Positions 1-11,824 of a DNA stretch of 64,000 nucleotides are shown here, piece by piece. This DNA is from Calcarisporiella thermophila CBS 279.70. Lineage: Eukaryota > Fungi > Calcarisporiellomycota. The stretch lies in NCBI RefSeq assembly GCF_041956535.1, contig NW_027192191.1, positions 241,698 to 305,697 of the forward strand, in the 5' to 3' direction. Position 1 is the first letter of the stretch, and each line of letters begins with the position of its first letter. The translations under genes and the position numbers were made by a program. The notes beneath the pieces were generated by a model. It had not been told where the DNA came from. It saw only the letters and a program-made list of their open reading frames with translations, and did no database searches.

Positions 1-2150
1 GTTGATGGAGGGCACTGATACAATACTTACAACTGCACCTTTTGTGCCGCTGGTTATGTCTTGTGCTAAAAGTTCGATTTTTAAAACTCGAGAAATGGCT
101 GCTAGAGCACTTGCGCCCCTTGTTACATCTGGAGAGTTGGTCAGCACTTGTGCAGAGTTGCTAAATATATGCTGTAGTACAACCTCTCAGAACGAAATGC
201 ACGGAAGATTGGCACAGATACAGTTGTTGCTGCGAGGGCATTTGTATAATGTCGCCTCTCCCGAGATCATGTTGGGTAAGGGCCCACCTCTATATAATTG
301 CTTTTTTCTTTGTTTGGTTTTAACCTAACCTTCACAATGCTAATGTTTAGATCTGACCGAAAAACTGCCCGACCTCTTGCTGTCAGCTTGGACTATCCTC
401 CTGATGGACAATCGATGTGCCATTACGCGTGCGCTTTTCCTACAAATTGTCACAGAATTCTGTGTGGAGTCACGGTGGCTGTCCCGTACATTAGAGGATG
501 AAGAAACCCAGGCAAAACTCTTAGCGAAAGCACATAAAGCTTTCGCTCTATTGAAGGAGAAGATGTCAGAATTCTGCCGTGAGGTGCTCTCGAAGACAGG
601 AGAGGTGGAGGAGTTAGGCCAACATCTTGTGCGGCAACAAGCTGCGGAGGCTCTCACCTTCCTTAGCTTGGATTCGACCAATGCTGAAGTGTTCCTTAGC
701 CTACTTTCTGACTGCGATTATGAAGTCCGTTTCGTCACTCTCCAACGCCTCTCTTCCTCTTCCTCATTACTTGAAAATGATGAAATTCGCACAAAACTTG
801 CGCGTATGCTTATAGAAGGCGAGCCGCATGTCTATTGCTTTGACATGGTGACGGAATTGTTGGCCAAGCTTCCGGAAGTAGGTGGCGTGGATTTGGCAGA
901 GTTTTGGGAGGTGGTTGAGGGATATGCCACTGGGCGGAAAGGAAAAGCAAGTCCCACAAAAATGGAGGCGGTATTGCCACTGCTGGGGTCTCTTACTCTT
1001 CAGACTTGGCGGAACCCTTCGTGCTCTGAGGAGATCCGTGCTCGTACTCTAAAAACGTGGTCGAACTTGGTTTATGAGAACAGCCATCCTGACAAGCCGC
1101 TTTCGTTGCGCGAAGCCGTCGTCTCCTCAGTTGAATATTTCGTGGAGATCTTGCCATTGAGCCGCGATATTGCGATGAAAAATGAAGATACTTCAGAGAG
1201 TTTAGCGAAAATCCATATGACTTTGGCGAGATTATTGCAGGATGATGATGCCGACGTTAGAGACGAAGCCGCAGAAATTGTTGGAAAATTGTCCGGCGGG
1301 AATCATGTAACGCATTAATGAATTTTTGGCAAGGTGATATTCAACGTTGACAATTTTATGTATAGGCACAGACACGGATAACTTCTGAAAAGGCACTCAA
1401 AGATATATATACCCATATTCTTTCCAATTTTCCCCGTTCACCTGCATTATACCGCATGCTTTTGTCAACGCTCCTTGCTAATGAGGAACCCTGTAAGTTT
1501 GTTATTTCTTTAATCCAATTCGAAAACCATGTGATTTCTAAGTTATGCACGGCTATTTATATGTAGTGCAAATACTGGAAGAAGAGCTCAACCCGAGCCG
1601 CGTGCTTTTCGCGGTCGAAAAAAGCAATATCTATAAAGAAGACCAGGCTGATCTCGAGATGACTTCGGTAGCTCTTTTGATGGGAGCATCTCAGCATAAA
1701 GAGGTCGTCAGAAGTGCAGTTGAGGGGCCAATAAGAGAGGCATGCAAAAAAGCATTGGACACTTTGAAGGCGGCTGCAAAATTACTCGAGAAAGAATCTC
1801 CTGACTCTAATGTATTTTGAAAACTCGCTAAATGAATTAGACTCGAAACTGACAGTTTGTATCCTGTGTAGGTGAAAGAATACGGTGCTTTGAACTTCAC
1901 CTCTCGCGAGCGCGTGTTCTTCATTCTGTGGCGAGCCATATTGGTTCTCTCTGTGGGAGTGGAGCTTCTCGGTTCGGATGGACCCGTTGGCGAAATTCAG
2001 AGCATGCTTATCCATTTAAGTGCGATTCCAATGCACCCTCAGCTCCACGATCAGCTCTATTTTAGGGAAGAGGAACATCATGAAGGGAGAAGGGTAGGGA
2101 TACTAGGGGGACAAAGTTTGTCGGAAAGGTTACGCGGGATATCCGTATAG
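1..2150 (+). CDS. TRM732: THADA/Trm732 (DUF2428, ARM/HEAT-repeat) tRNA methylation cofactor, 3' part; 5' end lies outside the window
   Basis: Spliced ORFs 2-275, 351-1306, about 1365-1492, 1567-1812 and 1872-2150. Motifs 'KTREMAARAL', 'QNEMHG', 'LLQDDDADVRDEAA' and 'VLFAVEKSNIYKE' are typical of the THADA C-terminus. Confidence 0.75.
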
Positions 2151-2388
2151 AAGAGTCGTTTCCATATAATTGCTATCGGTATGCAACTTGATTTCTGGGC
2201 ATGAATATTTAATATGGTATTTTGGAATTTTGAGCAAAGGAAGGGATATATTGTAGAAAAGTGACAGCTCTATAAAAGCTGTTCCCCAACAAAATCACAG
2301 ATTCTATATTCACCATAATAAAACATAGAGTTTCTATCGAGAGAGAAAAGAAAAAAGACAAAAACAAAAACGAAGCTCCGCCTCTAGT

Positions 2389-4135
2389 TTACCTCAAAAA
2401 CCCAAGCATAGCGTATGGTTCTGAGAGAAGTTGCTTCCAACGGTTGCTGAAGCGAGCCATGGTAGCTCCATCCACAACACGATGGTCAGCGCTGAAGCTA
2501 ACAGGCATGCTCAGCTTTCCGACCACCTTCTCCGTGCCATCCGCTCCAATTTCGAATTTCGGCACCCGCTCCACCTTGCCCACAGCGGCGATGCAGAGCT
2601 CACTCTTCACCAATACGGGAGAGGCATAGGTGCCACCGATGACGCCGATATTTGAAAGGGTGATTGTTCCGTCGCGTAAGTCGGCGGGAGCGAGGGCATT
2701 GCGTCGCCCGGCTTCTTGCAAACGGTGGAGCTCAGCAGCAATCTCGAAGATGGATTTTGCTTGGACATTTTTGATGTTGGGCACAATCAGTCCGCCGGGA
2801 GTATCCATCGCCACCCCAATGTTATGCGATCCGCGATAGCGCAGTTTAGGGGTGGAATCTCCGTCCTCCTCAAGGCAGGCGTTTAGAAGTGGGAACTCGG
2901 CGAGCGCCATGGACATGGTTTTGATCATAATTGGCATGAAGCTAACTTTGGGGAAACTGTAACTTGTTGGGTTTCGGGCAATCAAATTATTCAGTGCGCT
3001 CCTATACTCGTTCGTGGTGTCAAGAAGGAATTCATCGCAATAACCAAAGTGTGGAATAGTAAGGGATTGAGTCATCGACTTGAACATAGCCTTTTGGATA
3101 GTGGTAAGCGGAACCGTTGTGTCTGCGGCAGTGGGCACGTTGACAGCTGAGGATATTGTTGGCGCAGCTATCAGGGGAGGGAATAGGTCAATATGACCCA
3201 TTAAATTTTTCGACTCGAACGAAATTAAAACTTACCAGCAGCTTCTTGAGCAGTGACTCCACCGCCATTAACAAAAGCAATAACGTCCTCTTTCATCACA
3301 CGACCACCCTTTCCTGTACCTTTTACTAGAGACAAGTCAACACCATGCTCCCTAGCAATCCTCCTTACTGCTGGGGTAGCGAACACAGCCTCATTCTCTT
3401 CCGGCCTAACACCTTCCATCATAGGATGCGGTTTTGCTGGTGTAGCAACTCTGGAAGCTGCAGTGTTCGCAGACGAGGTTTCCGTTGCAGAGCTCGCTTG
3501 AGCCTCTTGCTCGGGACTAACATTTTCCGTAGCATCTGCTTCTCCCTCAACCTCTATATCCACCAAGGCTTGTCCAACTTTTGCCATATCCCCCACTTTG
3601 TAGTGGAGCTTCGCAACTTTTCCCGTGTACCGGGATGTGATCTCAACACTAGCCTTGTCGGACTGAACTTCGCAGATTTTTTCAAATTCGGCGACCTCTG
3701 ATCCCGGTTCAACAAACCTTTAAGATGTCACAGGATTAGAGCACCTATAATCGATATTATCCGAAATGCTATCATCATTACCATTGTACAACCTCACACT
3801 CAGTAATTCCTTCACCAATATCTGCAAGTAAGAATGGAAGGACTTTATGCGCAGTGGGTGTGGAATGGAATAGACGTAAATTTCCACAAAGAGGATATAA
3901 TGGACGCGCACTTAGACTAGACGAAGCGAAAGGGGCCTGTACCTATTGGTATTAATGTGGAATTAATGTAATTAAACTCTTTTAGTTTATGCGATGAAAA
4001 GTGCATTTCTACCTTGGAAATTGCAGGGAGATTTTGTTTCCGCGATGCTCTTACAAAATGAGTAGACAGAGTTCGCGATGGGATGACTCGCAATTGACTA
4101 GTGGCACTGCGTCTAAATGCAAGCGTGCGAAGCAT
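2389..4135 (-). CDS. DBT: Dihydrolipoamide branched-chain transacylase (BCKDH E2), mitochondrial
   Basis: Presequence-like first exon; lipoyl domain '[16 protein letters not shown]|FVEPG...[14 protein letters not shown]'; E3-binding '[11 protein letters not shown]'; catalytic '[15 protein letters not shown]'. Three introns. Confidence 0.93.
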
Positions 4136-4895
4136 TTGTTTTTTTTTTCCTTTGTAAATTATAATTAGAAAGAGGAGGGAATAAAAAAAAGTATCGAAGA
4201 TGGAGTGGGGAAAAGTGGTTGTTTGCTAGCAACCGTGAGAACTTTTCCAATAGAGTCAAACTAGAAAAAATATTATTAGGGGGAAATAAGGATTTTGACT
4301 CCGCATATTGAACTTATAGAAAAATCTTAATCACGATTGAATCACCCTCCGAAATAATTACTTCACTGGCGCTTCTAGTCAATCCATTTTCTGCCGTTTA
4401 GACGAGGGCTGGCGGCCAATCGATCTTTCAGTGGAGGTATCGGGAGAGGACCTGTTTCTCAGGCTCGAGATTAAGATCCTGCCGTGGGATATATTGACAG
4501 CTGTTAGTTTATACACATAATAACAATGCAAAAATTGCAAATAATAACAATGGAAAAATAGCCCTACCCACACAATGCCAAAGGAGAGTTCAATTAAATA
4601 TAGCACTTCCAGTTATAGCCATCCAAATCATTTGCTTTCAGATCACGGATTATATCCAAAGGGATATATTCACCAAGCAGGGCGTAGTCTCATTATCCCC
4701 TCCAGGGTAAAGGGATAAAGGCATTCCATTAATTAACAATAAATAAAAGTTTAATAAGTTGGTGAAAGGGCAATGAAAGACGATGACAATAAGAAATGAT
4801 ACAGAAGGAGGGGGGGGGGGGGGAATAGGCAGCAGTAAAAGAGTGCTATTAGAATAATCGAAGTATATGGAAGTAATAGGCCATAGGCATGTTTA

Positions 4896-6255
4896 CTACC
4901 CTTGCCGAGGGAAAGCTTCAAAACCCAGCAGCTCATCGGTCCCAGCTAACTCATATTGCCCGATGCTCTTTCCCTCGAGGCCGTAGTCCATCTCATCCAT
5001 ATACATGATTCCATTACTATCTGCCGAAGAGGGCGAGGGGCTTGGAGGGAGTGGCGTGTTTACTGCCAATGCATGCAGGTTCAGGCTTTCTGGTGAAAAA
5101 GGCGGCTGATGCAGCATTGGCTCCACAAAAGTCTGCGCCAAGTGAACATCGATCGGAGAAGGGAGACCATCTTGACTGTGCTGTTGTTGTATGTGCTGTT
5201 GTTGTAAGTTTAAGAAGGCAGATTGTGCCTCAGCAAGGATAGACGTAGTGGGATCATTGTGCGAGTGGTTGGCATTCTGTTGGAGAGGAGACATATAGTC
5301 ACGCATCCCTGATTGTGCGCCCGGTGTTTCCGCGCTAGTAATAAAGATAGGAGGCCGCTCCAATTTTGTTTCATAAGAGTCGTAGTTGAGTTCTGGTGGT
5401 ACTTCCTCTAGAATGAGTCCAAGAAATAAAAGAAAACCAATATAAGAACGTAATTCCGGACTCTGGTAAAGAAAACCATAATATTTACGGCCAGAGTGTT
5501 TGTATTGTTTCGCCAGGTGGTCCATTAAGCGACGCATGATTTGTTGCTGCATCGCCAGTTGTCGCTGTGTCTCTTCGAGTTGATGGAGCACCTCATTCAT
5601 ATTGCTGCGCATCTGAGTCATTTGCTGCCCAACTTCGCCCTTAAACACCTTGAGTCCTGCAACTTCCGTTTGCAAATTTGAAGCATCGGATTCGCGTCGG
5701 GGTGCAGTTGTATCAAGCGCCTTTCGCCTTATTTCCTCAACCAGCTCGGGTCGATCGCGCTGGAACTTTTCATGAGAGAATTCCCATTGCTCCTGATCAC
5801 CTTTGGTTGAGCTGCCACTGTTTCTGTTTGATTTGTTGACCTTATGGAAACCGTACCTACAAATAAGATGATAATGCTGCAAAATTATACATTAAGACGA
5901 ATGACGGATAGAGGGAAGTTGCGTACATATTCAGCTGCCGAACAAAGCTTGAGAAATTACTGTGCTTGAACATGGAAGGCAGAACCTCCTGCGAAAACCG
6001 CGGTGTATTGTGGACGAAAAAAGAATCGCCAGCGGCGCTCCAATATATCAAATCTTGGTATCTTTCATCCCCCACCATCCTGTATAGTTTTCGCACAAAT
6101 GAATTGCCTCGTGGGGCGCCAGATGTGCCTGGCGGCTGAAGCATGTCAGTGCTCGGTGGCGAGGACGATGCAGATGTGCAGTTATCTTCGAAACTTGACG
6201 CCGAAGAGGCAGAGAATGAGCGCGGCCGATTAGGCTGCCTGAAGTTAATATTCAT
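4896..6255 (-). CDS. Heat-shock-factor (HSF)-type transcription factor
   Basis: HSF DNA-binding domain 'FVRKLYRMV...FKHSNFSSFVRQLNM|YGFHKV...WEFSHEKFQRDRP', followed by a coiled coil and a Q/P-rich tail. Introns at about 5857-5926 and 5408-5488. Confidence 0.9.
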
Positions 6256-6500
6256 GCTGGATATTAAATATGATCTTGGGAGAGAAGAGGAGAACCGTGT
6301 GATCTGGTGTATATCTGAATAGAAATGAGGACGATCAGAGGATCAAAGAGATTTTGCAATGAGAAAAAATGGCGAGATCTCAAGTGAAAAATAGAAGTAC
6401 TGCAAAACAAAAATTTTCTCTCAAAGATCCTCAGCCAACAGAATTTTTTTTGCCACTTCGGTTGTGGAAACTATACCACACCATAGAAACCCTGCCCTAC

Positions 6501-7445
6501 ATGACAGAGCAAGCCAAACTCCCCAAGCACTTGCTGGAATACCGCTCAATTTGCGAGCGATTCTTTTATAATCAAGAATCCGACGCTGCACATTTACTCG
6601 CACTAGTGGATGCAGCCATCGCTAATAATCCATCATTACCTCTCGAGGCCAACTCAACCGCCATCCTCTCACTTGGTCTAGACCCCTCTTCGGGACTTCT
6701 GCAAAATCCTTTAGAAGCGAATCTCTATACATCCCTAAAATCCCAGATCCGTAGTCAGTTCCATGTCAGAGAGCAGGAGCGCCTGCATCAACGATTTGAA
6801 GAAATTATTGCTGAATCTTCCAGCGAGACGAATGGAAAACTAGCATCTGAGGAAGAGGGGATGAAATCGGAAGTATCTGTAGAGCATGCACGTAACGAAT
6901 TGCACCGATTTGTATCTGCTTATCGTAGCCAGCTTGGTGCCGGCGGCTTTCTTAGAGGTTTGCGGGCTGCACTCCAAGCTCTCTTGGGCCAACCAATACC
7001 TGTACTTTTCCGGATACACGATGATTCCCTTCTTCAGCATGGCGAGGCCTTTGCTTTTGATGCCCTTCGCCTTCTCTTCAGTGGAATTGGTGCCTATCCA
7101 TCTGAAAGCACTACCGAGCTACTCTCTGACCAGAGTCCCTCTACGGCTAATTATCGATGGTGGATCATTGGCTCCCGAATATCGGACGACACTGCACGCA
7201 TTCTTCTAAATGGCATTCCCTCTGATCACACACTCCCCCCTGGGAGACCAATGGGCGAAGTCAAGACGGGGGATGAGAGGATCACTCATAGACCTAAGCT
7301 ATACTATGCCAGGAAGCCATATAGCACTAGATTGACGTCTCAAGTAATAGCTCTTTCGTACTGGCTACTATGGCCAATAGAACGGATTCATTCCTGTCTT
7401 TGTTCACTTTGGGCAGTATTGACAAGAAGAAAGACTTCACTCTAG
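6501..7445 (+). CDS. Hypothetical protein, intronless, divergent from the HSF gene
   Basis: Long ORF 6369-7445 with protein-like composition; likely start ATG at 6501 (MTEQAK). No family recognised. Confidence 0.6.
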   Translation: MTEQAKLPKHLLEYRSICERFFYNQESDAAHLLALVDAAIANNPSLPLEANSTAILSLGLDPSSGLLQNPLEANLYTSLKSQIRSQFHVREQERLHQRFEEIIAESSSETNGKLASEEEGMKSEVSVEHARNELHRFVSAYRSQLGAGGFLRGLRAALQALLGQPIPVLFRIHDDSLLQHGEAFAFDALRLLFSGIGAYPSESTTELLSDQSPSTANYRWWIIGSRISDDTARILLNGIPSDHTLPPGRPMGEVKTGDERITHRPKLYYARKPYSTRLTSQVIALSYWLLWPIERIHSCLCSLWAVLTRRKTSL

Positions 7446-8480
7446 GTGGACGAAGACTTCATGCATAGAGTAGATGTACCTATTCTTCTTATTCAAGTCC
7501 TTGCTTGTCCTTCATTCATCTTGATATTTATAGTATTTATTGCCTGCTCTTTAGAGTTAACAAAAGACCAACCTTTGTTCACAAATAAAAAGAGAAGGCG
7601 TTTACTTTAGCACTCATAACCACTTCAACGCAACCCACGGATAATAAGAGTTGCGTTGTACACACGAAGTGCCTGTTGAGTTGTAAAGGGGGTATGTTTC
7701 AAACACTGTCTTTTATGAAATGCAAGTTTATTATCATTTATAGATTTCATGCAGAGCCTAATGAAGAAAATAAAAAGACTATTAGCTTAATTCTCTTCAT
7801 TCTCTTTAAGTCTTGAAGGGTAGAGGGTCAGGACAATAAAGCGGAAAAATTTCATCAATAAATTATGACTGACGTGCAAATATGAATACGTTCATCATTC
7901 TCATAAAAACACGGAAGAGGAAAAGGAAATAAGCAAACTTACCTTTATAAACAAAAGAAAAGAAAAATCGATGGGAAAGAGGGAGGGGGAAGAAAAGTAA
8001 ATATTTGGAATCAGGAAGATATCATAAACAAAAAATTAAGAGACAAAAGATAATAGAGAGACACGAAACTTGTTTACCAATTTTATAGATTCATTATTAG
8101 CAGTCACAATACTCTTCGAGTGAGAAAACACAGTCGTTCTTTAGCAAGGAATAGCCTAATTAGCCTGAATTAGTCCAACAACAGATATAAAGTCGGTTAA
8201 AGAGCTGAACAATCCTTTATTTGGCCTATCGATCAGAGACATCCCAAGAAATATAAACTTTATCCTATTGAAATATTAAGTCGAAAATAAAATATCAAAA
8301 ATATCAAAAATGTAGGAAAAATGGGAAAAGGAAAGAAACTAAAGTGGTATAAACTAGAATGAAAAGTTTTCACAATGCGATCCATAGCGAAATAAAAGTT
8401 ACTATAAACACAAAGAAAGAAACCATGCTTGTTTTCTTTTTCTTATTTTCCTACATTTTTTTTATTGTTTTCTCATTTAT

Positions 8481-9644
8481 TCAGCATTCACAGACAAACA
8501 CTCCCTGATCCTCCTCCCGGTCTCGTTCAAATTCCACCATCTTGCGCTCGCCTTTTCCTTCAAAGGCCATGTCGAACACCGGCTTTGAGAAATCCATTTC
8601 CTCCGGCTCGTCCGCCATATCCGACCATGACCACGCTGACGACACAGAAAATGCAACCCCAGAATCCCACCCGCGCACCAGCGAATGCGCCATCATTCCG
8701 GAACGTGCGGGAATGGCAGCTGTGGCTGGATCCACCACGGATTGTTTGTCAGCTGCTTGATCCTCTTCATTGCTCGATGAGAAACGGGAAATGCTCTGCA
8801 CTCTTTTGATGGCCGCTTGTATGGTGGGCCGCTTTTCAGGATCAACGGATAATAAAGAGGTGATTAACGCGACGCATTCGTTCGTGAGCCACGGGAACAT
8901 CTCGTGAATCATGGCCACTGGATTTTCGACATAGGCAGCAAATACTGGATCTCGCGATGGGGAAGCCTGCTGCCAAGCATTCTTCCCTGTCAGCATCGCA
9001 AGCATCAGCACACCTAGAGCCCAAATATCCCCTTTGGCAGCATGGTATTCAGTGCCTGCCGCATCCTCATGCTGCTCTGGTGGAATATATTGCAAGCTCC
9101 CGACACCATATTCGCCGGGGAATTCCTCCGAAGTTGCAAGGCCAAAGTCTGCGAGCTTCAGCGAGCCATCGTCAAAAAGCAGGAGGTTTTCCGGCTTAAT
9201 ATCACGGTGATACACCCCCTGCGAGTGGCAATGCTCTACGGCTGAGAGTACTTGTACCATAGCAGTTCGTACGTAATCATCATCCACTTCTTCACGCCCT
9301 CCACTCAAAATATCGAATAAATCTCCACCAGCACATAATTCCATTACCATCCAAAGATCCTCTTGTGTCTCGATCACGCAATGAAGTTGAACTATGTGCG
9401 GATGATGAAGGCGTGCGTGCAGCTGGCACTCTTGGCGGAGAAGATCGAGCTCTGAAGCATCTAGGCCAACTTTGCCAAGGCGCTTCACAGCGAAGTAGGC
9501 GTTAGACGCGGAAGGGGAAGATTGGCGAGCAAGATAAAGACATCCGTACGAACCACTGCCGATGGTGTCAATGAGCTCATACGTGTTGTCAAGTAAGGTG
9601 CCGATCTTAGAGGTTGCGTATGTCTGAAAGGCGTCTTCTAGCAT
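8481..9644 (-). CDS. Ser/Thr protein kinase, Ran1/Pat1/Sks1/Vhs1-like
   Basis: Motifs GSGSYG, AVK, HRDIKPEN, LADFGLAT, 'GVGSLQYIPPE' and 'GKNAWQQA' (Ran1-type). Intronless; likely start MLEDAF at 9644. Confidence 0.88.
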   Translation of the reverse strand: MLEDAFQTYATSKIGTLLDNTYELIDTIGSGSYGCLYLARQSSPSASNAYFAVKRLGKVGLDASELDLLRQECQLHARLHHPHIVQLHCVIETQEDLWMVMELCAGGDLFDILSGGREEVDDDYVRTAMVQVLSAVEHCHSQGVYHRDIKPENLLLFDDGSLKLADFGLATSEEFPGEYGVGSLQYIPPEQHEDAAGTEYHAAKGDIWALGVLMLAMLTGKNAWQQASPSRDPVFAAYVENPVAMIHEMFPWLTNECVALITSLLSVDPEKRPTIQAAIKRVQSISRFSSSNEEDQAADKQSVVDPATAAIPARSGMMAHSLVRGWDSGVAFSVSSAWSWSDMADEPEEMDFSKPVFDMAFEGKGERKMVEFERDREEDQGVFVCEC

Positions 9645-11824
9645 TTTTTGGGGTGATTTGAAGGGATTGAAATAATAATAACACAAAAAATATAATACAG
9701 AAAAGATAACAGCAATGATAAAACACACACAAAAATTGTCCTTTTTTTTTGATTTATATACTGGGGGGAGAGGAGAGATTAATTGAAATCTGGCCGATTT
9801 TAAAGAGAAATGGGATGTGGAGAGTGAGCGGGAGAAAGAATGTTTGAGCTATAGAAAGATTGTCATTATAGTATAGGGGGGGGCAAAAGGAAACATAGAA
9901 GAAAAAAAATATATAAAGAAATGAGGAGAAATGAAGAGCAGACCACAACAGAGCGAAAAGAGAAGCAAAAAGAAGGATGGAGAAAAAAAACGCTGAAACT
10001 CAGCTGATCGATGGCGAATTTGGACTGATCGCCCTGGTAAATTGAGCTCTATTGTGCATTAGAATGTTTTAGAGTTGGGTTTGCTTTCTTTTGTTCTAGT
10101 GGATTCGGTTTTGGGCAGCTAAGAGCAGGTCCTATTCCATATTTCGCACCATCCCGGCACATTTTGGTATCGAACCCACTGGGCGTCTTCGCGATATTTC
10201 CTTGGACTTGGGTGGCCGAGCCCCATTGGCCGGCCAAATCCTGCTCGCGGTCCCCATTGCCATGTTTAAGAATCCTTGCAATATAGCAATGGTGACCCGC
10301 TCCACAGTCAAGGATTGCCTAAACTTGCCGTTTCTATTACTAAGACGCCTCTAAGAAAAGCAGTCCTCCCTCCCAGTCTTACTCTGCTTCTACTCTTCTC
10401 CTGGCTAAATGTGGAGTCGGAAAAAAAGTGCTGGAACTGGGAATGCAAAGGATGAAAAACAACTCAACGCAAAGGAGAATGCACGCCTTGCAGGAATAGG
10501 CTATTCTTGTATAATCGTTGTTAAAACAAATTGCAAGCTACAATAATCAAAGAGCAGCCAGAGATTGTATATATTAAATTACTGCAAACACTCTGAAATA
10601 AACAAAAAAGTAGGTTAGTTTATGATTCAGAGGAGAGGTTTGAGTTCATAGTCACGACCAAATTCAAACTTAATGACCACTAAAGATACCCTGGCAAATC
10701 TCATACAATTGTCATTCAATATATATAGATGCATTAGTACTATTATTGGGCATTAGACTCTTTTTGCTAGTCGAGCATGGGTTCCTGACATTATACTTTA
10801 CTAGGTATAATGAGGTTGAATATGAATGGGCGTCCACAAAGAGTGAGCGCATCCTTTTGCCTTAAATAACCCCCAAATTATAACAAACTTTCAATGGTTC
10901 CAAGCAAAATAACATAGAATTTACAAGTAAAATAAAAGCATAAATCTAAATCCTTCAAGAACTTCCTCTTCCTCCACAGCACCCAGCCATCTGCTCTTTT
11001 GTGGCTCGCGGTTTCTTTCCTTTATTCATCCGTATGGTTTTATTATCGCCTAATTCGTGCTGGTCCTTATTTAGCCTTAACCCTACAATGACAAAACTGA
11101 TGAGATAGGCGATCCGGATGATATAGGTAGTAAGGCCTAGTATTTACGATAAATCTCTGACTGGTTGTCTCGCTTCACCGCCTGCACCACATTTCTGCGA
11201 AGAATGGTTGCCGCCTCTTCTGCGGCCTGAATATGCTGTAACGCATAAATGATAAGTACATATGAGGAGAATTAGGGGGGGCTTGGCACAGTGGTCATGT
11301 TTACAAATCTACCTTTTTGATAACCTCTGGATCCGATTCGTTTTTGTATTTTGAGAATTCCAAGCGTATGCGCTCTCTAGCAGCTATATTAATAAAAGGG
11401 ATAATACTCCTAAATATTTCACTTCATCAATAGCAGCATGCTTCTAGCTTACCCGAATATACAAAAGTATCCCCTTTTAGCAAATCAAGCAATAACAAAA
11501 CCGATATTGTTAACTACATTTACTTTGAAATCAAACAATTCAATATATTATCAACCTTCAAATGTCGAACGAGCCGTTTTCATTAACGTTCTAAATGCCC
11601 GCAATACATTGTTCCTCTGAGCCATTGTCTTTCTCTCTCTTCTTACAGTAACTCGAAGCCTCTCCAAATTTTGAATTTGTTTTTATGAATGTGGCGCAGA
11701 AATTCTTAACCAGTCATTTACGGAATTTGGAGCACTCCGTGTCAATTCCAGGAAACAAGTATAGGTGTGGTTGACAGCGATAGATGCTCGATAGCTGAAT
11801 ACCCTAAAATTCGATGCTATCGAC

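Noticed and set aside
8481-8495. Kinase ends in CEC, resembling a CXC prenylation motif
   Set aside because: CXC geranylgeranylation needs a Rab/REP context; no other support.
10216-10231. 16-nt exact inverted match (GGCCAATGGGGCTCGG) to 47067-47082, containing a CCAAT box
   Set aside because: About one 16-mer match is expected by chance in 64 kb on two strands, and the similarity does not extend.
10165-10235. GGTTCGA (B-box/T-loop-like) on the minus strand, suggesting a tRNA
   Set aside because: No consistent T stem, acceptor stem or cloverleaf.
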